Assembly (NCBI GenBank): GCA_964498085.1
Contig: CAZCFX010000001.1
Coordinates: 4,374 to 40,024, forward strand
DNA length: 35,651 nt
Reading direction: 5' to 3'
Source of the DNA: an uncultured Gammaproteobacteria bacterium
GTDB taxonomy: Bacteria; Patescibacteriota; Patescibacteriia; Patescibacteriales; UBA12465
Of this stretch, positions 33,918 through 35,651 are shown in pieces. The notes under the pieces were generated by a model. It did no database searches, was not told the DNA's origin, and saw only the letters and a list, made by a program, of their open reading frames with translations. Numbering within the stretch: the first letter of the stretch is position 1; each line of letters begins with the position of its first letter. The position numbers were made by a program, and so were the translations under genes.

Positions 33918-34349
33918 TTACTGACACTTCTTGCAGATTCCGTAGAACTCCAAGGAATGATCTAAAACTTTAAAATCATTTTGTTGATTAATAATTTTTT
34001 CTTGGTGACAAAGCTGATGATCGGCTGGTAGATTTTGAATTCGACGACATTTTAAACAAATCAAATGATGACGATGTTCGTTAGACAATTCATACAAAGC
34101 AGTTTTTCCTTCCAACAAACGGACTTCACGAATAAAATTATTTTCTAACAAAAAATTCAATTCTCGATAAACTGTGGTTTTATTTACTTTGATTTTTTTG
34201 GCCTCCAGAGATTCGATTATCTCACAAGGTGACAAAGGCTTATTAGCCAGCAAAAAACCGCTCAGAATGGCAATTCTGGTCTTAGTGAGCCTGCCACCTT
34301 GGCTTTTTACTTTCGCTAATAATTCATTTAAACTCATATTATTGACCAT
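33918..34349 (-). CDS. Fur-family metalloregulator (Fur/Zur/PerR type)
   Basis: Winged-helix N-terminal domain (RLTKTRIAIL...PLSPCEI...VYRELNFL), HRHHLICLKC and CKKC metal-site motifs. The true start may be the second ATG at 34337 (MSLNELL...) if the promoter below is real. Confidence 0.85.
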   Translation of the reverse strand: MVNNMSLNELLAKVKSQGGRLTKTRIAILSGFLLANKPLSPCEIIESLEAKKIKVNKTTVYRELNFLLENNFIREVRLLEGKTALYELSNEHRHHLICLKCRRIQNLPADHQLCHQEKIINQQNDFKVLDHSLEFYGICKKCQ

Positions 34350-34377
34350 AATAACGCAACTTAGTTGCGTTTGTCAA
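34348..34377 (-). promoter_or_regulatory. fur-operon promoter (TTGACA-18-TATTAT) with a 9-1-9 perfect palindrome filling the spacer
   Basis: Reverse strand reads TTGACA (34377-34372), then the spacer, then TATTAT (34353-34348). The palindrome AACGCAACT-T-AGTTGCGTT at 34353-34371 lies between the -35 and -10. Confidence 0.55.
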
Positions 34378-34394
34378 ATAGTAATTTTTAGATA

Positions 34395-34423
34395 TTGACA
34401 TTTATTAATTTTTAAAGTAAAAA
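34395..34423 (+). promoter_or_regulatory. Candidate hppA promoter (TTGACA-17-TAAAAA)
   Basis: TTGACA at 34395-34400, a 17-nt spacer, then TAAAAA at 34418-34423. The -10 is weak. Confidence 0.35.
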
Positions 34424-34429
34424 GGTTAG

Positions 34430-34449
34430 AAAGACAAAAGTCTTTTTTT
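34430..34449 (+). terminator. Terminator-like hairpin inside the hppA leader
   Basis: AAAGAC (34430-34435), AAAA loop, GTCTTT (34440-34445), then TTTT. It lies between the candidate promoter and the hppA SD (AAGGAGGGGGG 34483-34493). Confidence 0.35.
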
Positions 34450-34499
34450 CGATATTTAACAATTAAACAATAAAAATACCCCAAGGAGGGGGGTTAACC

Positions 34500-35651
34500 A
34501 TGGAAAACAGTTTAAATTTAATTATTCTCTATTCGGCGGCAATCACTTCGCTGTTGATGATGATTAGTAAAAAAATTTGGATTAAAAAACAAGAAGTTTT
34601 GAATCCAGAAATTTTAAAAATTTCTAAAGACATCCACAAAGGGGTGATCAGCTTTCTTAAACGACAATACACCTCATCCGCTTGGATTATCGGCGTCGTT
34701 TTCATTATTTTGCTATTTCTAGCATACAATGATTTCATTAGCTTCTATACACCATTCGCGGTGTTAACTGGAGCTTTTTTCTCTGCCCTGTCAGCCTATC
34801 TTGGAATGACAACAGCCACTAAAGCAAATGCCGTAACAGCTTATTATACTAAGTTTGGTTTGGCAAAAAGTTTTCGCGCTGCCTTAAATGGTGGAGCGGT
34901 AATGGGATTTTCTGTTTGTGGTTTTGTCCTTTTGGATTTGGCTCTATGGTATTCTATTATTTCAATTTTTAGTCCAAATTTACCAGAACTTGAATTAATG
35001 GAATTAATTACTAGTACAGTAATTACTTTTTCTTTTGGTGCTAGCTTTATGGCTTTTATGGCCAGAGTAGCTGGTGGAATCTTCACTAAAGCAGCGGACT
35101 TTGCTGCTGACGTTGTTGGCAAAGGAAAATATGACCTAGAAGAAGATGATCCTCGTAATCCAGCCGTTGTTGCTGATATGGTTGGTGACAATGCCAGTGA
35201 TATCGCCGGAATGGGACAAGATTTAAACGAATCCTTTGCTGGTGGAAATGCTGCCGCAATGGAAGCCGGGTTCCAATCCTTTACTTCCTTTAGTGCCGTC
35301 TTTGGTATAGGAATTGCTGCTTCAGTTTTGGTAATGGTACCTTTGGCAATTTCTGCTTTAGGAATTTTTGCTTCAATTATTGGTTTAGCGATGATTAGAA
35401 CTAATGATGAATCAAAATTATTGAGCAGTATTAGACGTGGAATTTATTCTACTTCCGTACTAGTTGCTATTGGTTCAGCAATAATTATTTATGCTACTAC
35501 TGGTTCTTGGAGTTTAATTCTTCCAATTATTATTGGCTTGTTAACTGGTAATGGAATTTCTTGGATTTGTGAATATTACACTTCCACTGATTACAATCCA
35601 GTCAAAAAACTTGCTGAAAGAGCTCAAGTTGGTCATGCCAGCGTGGTTGTG
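34500..35651 (+). CDS. hppA: Membrane-bound ion-translocating pyrophosphatase, N-terminal 384 codons (continues beyond window)
   Basis: Absent from the ORF track (no stop in window). Hand translation from ATG 34500 gives [19 protein letters not shown]...[54 protein letters not shown]... This matches the M-PPase core (GGI[YF]TKAADVGADLVGK...[20 protein letters not shown]). A strong SD sits 6 nt upstream. Confidence 0.9.
   Translation, partial: [384 protein letters not shown]

Noticed and set aside
34529-35191. Minus-strand ORFs 34529..34738 and 34844..35191
   Set aside because: They are antisense shadows of the membrane pyrophosphatase gene, whose plus-strand translation carries unmistakable M-PPase motifs.
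1-35651. CRISPR arrays, tRNA/rRNA genes, IS elements/transposases, prophage genes, alternative genetic code
   Set aside because: All intergenic gaps are under 350 nt. I read them without finding spaced direct-repeat arrays, tRNA-like T-arm (GGTTCGA-type) contexts or terminal inverted repeats. Housekeeping genes translate full length with TGA as stop, so there is no sign of code 4/25.

Overview
Densely coding, AT-rich (roughly 35-40% GC by eye) 35.65-kb bacterial chromosomal fragment, readable with the standard genetic code. I count 35 protein genes. I found no rRNA, tRNA, CRISPR array, transposase or phage genes. Layout: (i) 1-11.0 kb is a cell-envelope glycan locus: an O-antigen-ligase-like gene, two GT4 glycosyltransferases, a Wzz-like protein, several orphan secreted proteins, CorA, and a TagA/WecG glycosyltransferase fused to an RppH-like Nudix domain. 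(ii) gltX and an M23/EnvC-like peptidase. (iii) A low-GC orphan gene plus a XerC/D-type tyrosine recombinase bracketed by a short direct repeat. (iv) A long minus-strand block with two operons: FG-GAP surface protein, membrane protein, alr, ftsQ-like; and mini-ferredoxin, orphan, membrane-anchored FtsK/HerA-superfamily ATPase, dnaX, serS. (v) rpmA, an alkD-like gene, rlmH, a beta-CASP RNase and an orphan. (vi) A split SGNH plus acyltransferase-3 pair. (vii) A fur-family regulator, His/Cys-rich permease, engB operon. (viii) The 5' part of a membrane pyrophosphatase gene. Four genes are missing from the supplied ORF track and were recovered by hand translation: the edge-truncated O-antigen-ligase-like gene, edge-truncated hppA, a 57-aa ferredoxin and a 51-aa TM peptide. 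The gene style (many orphan secreted proteins, tiny intergenic gaps, near-consensus sigma70 promoters) suggests a small-genome, possibly Patescibacteria/CPR-type organism, but that is inference only. The best candidates for something new are the ATPase module at 23.7-26.8 kb, the TagA-RppH fusion at 9.8-11.0 kb, and the recombinase/orphan region at 13.8-15.7 kb. None can be proven novel without database searches.
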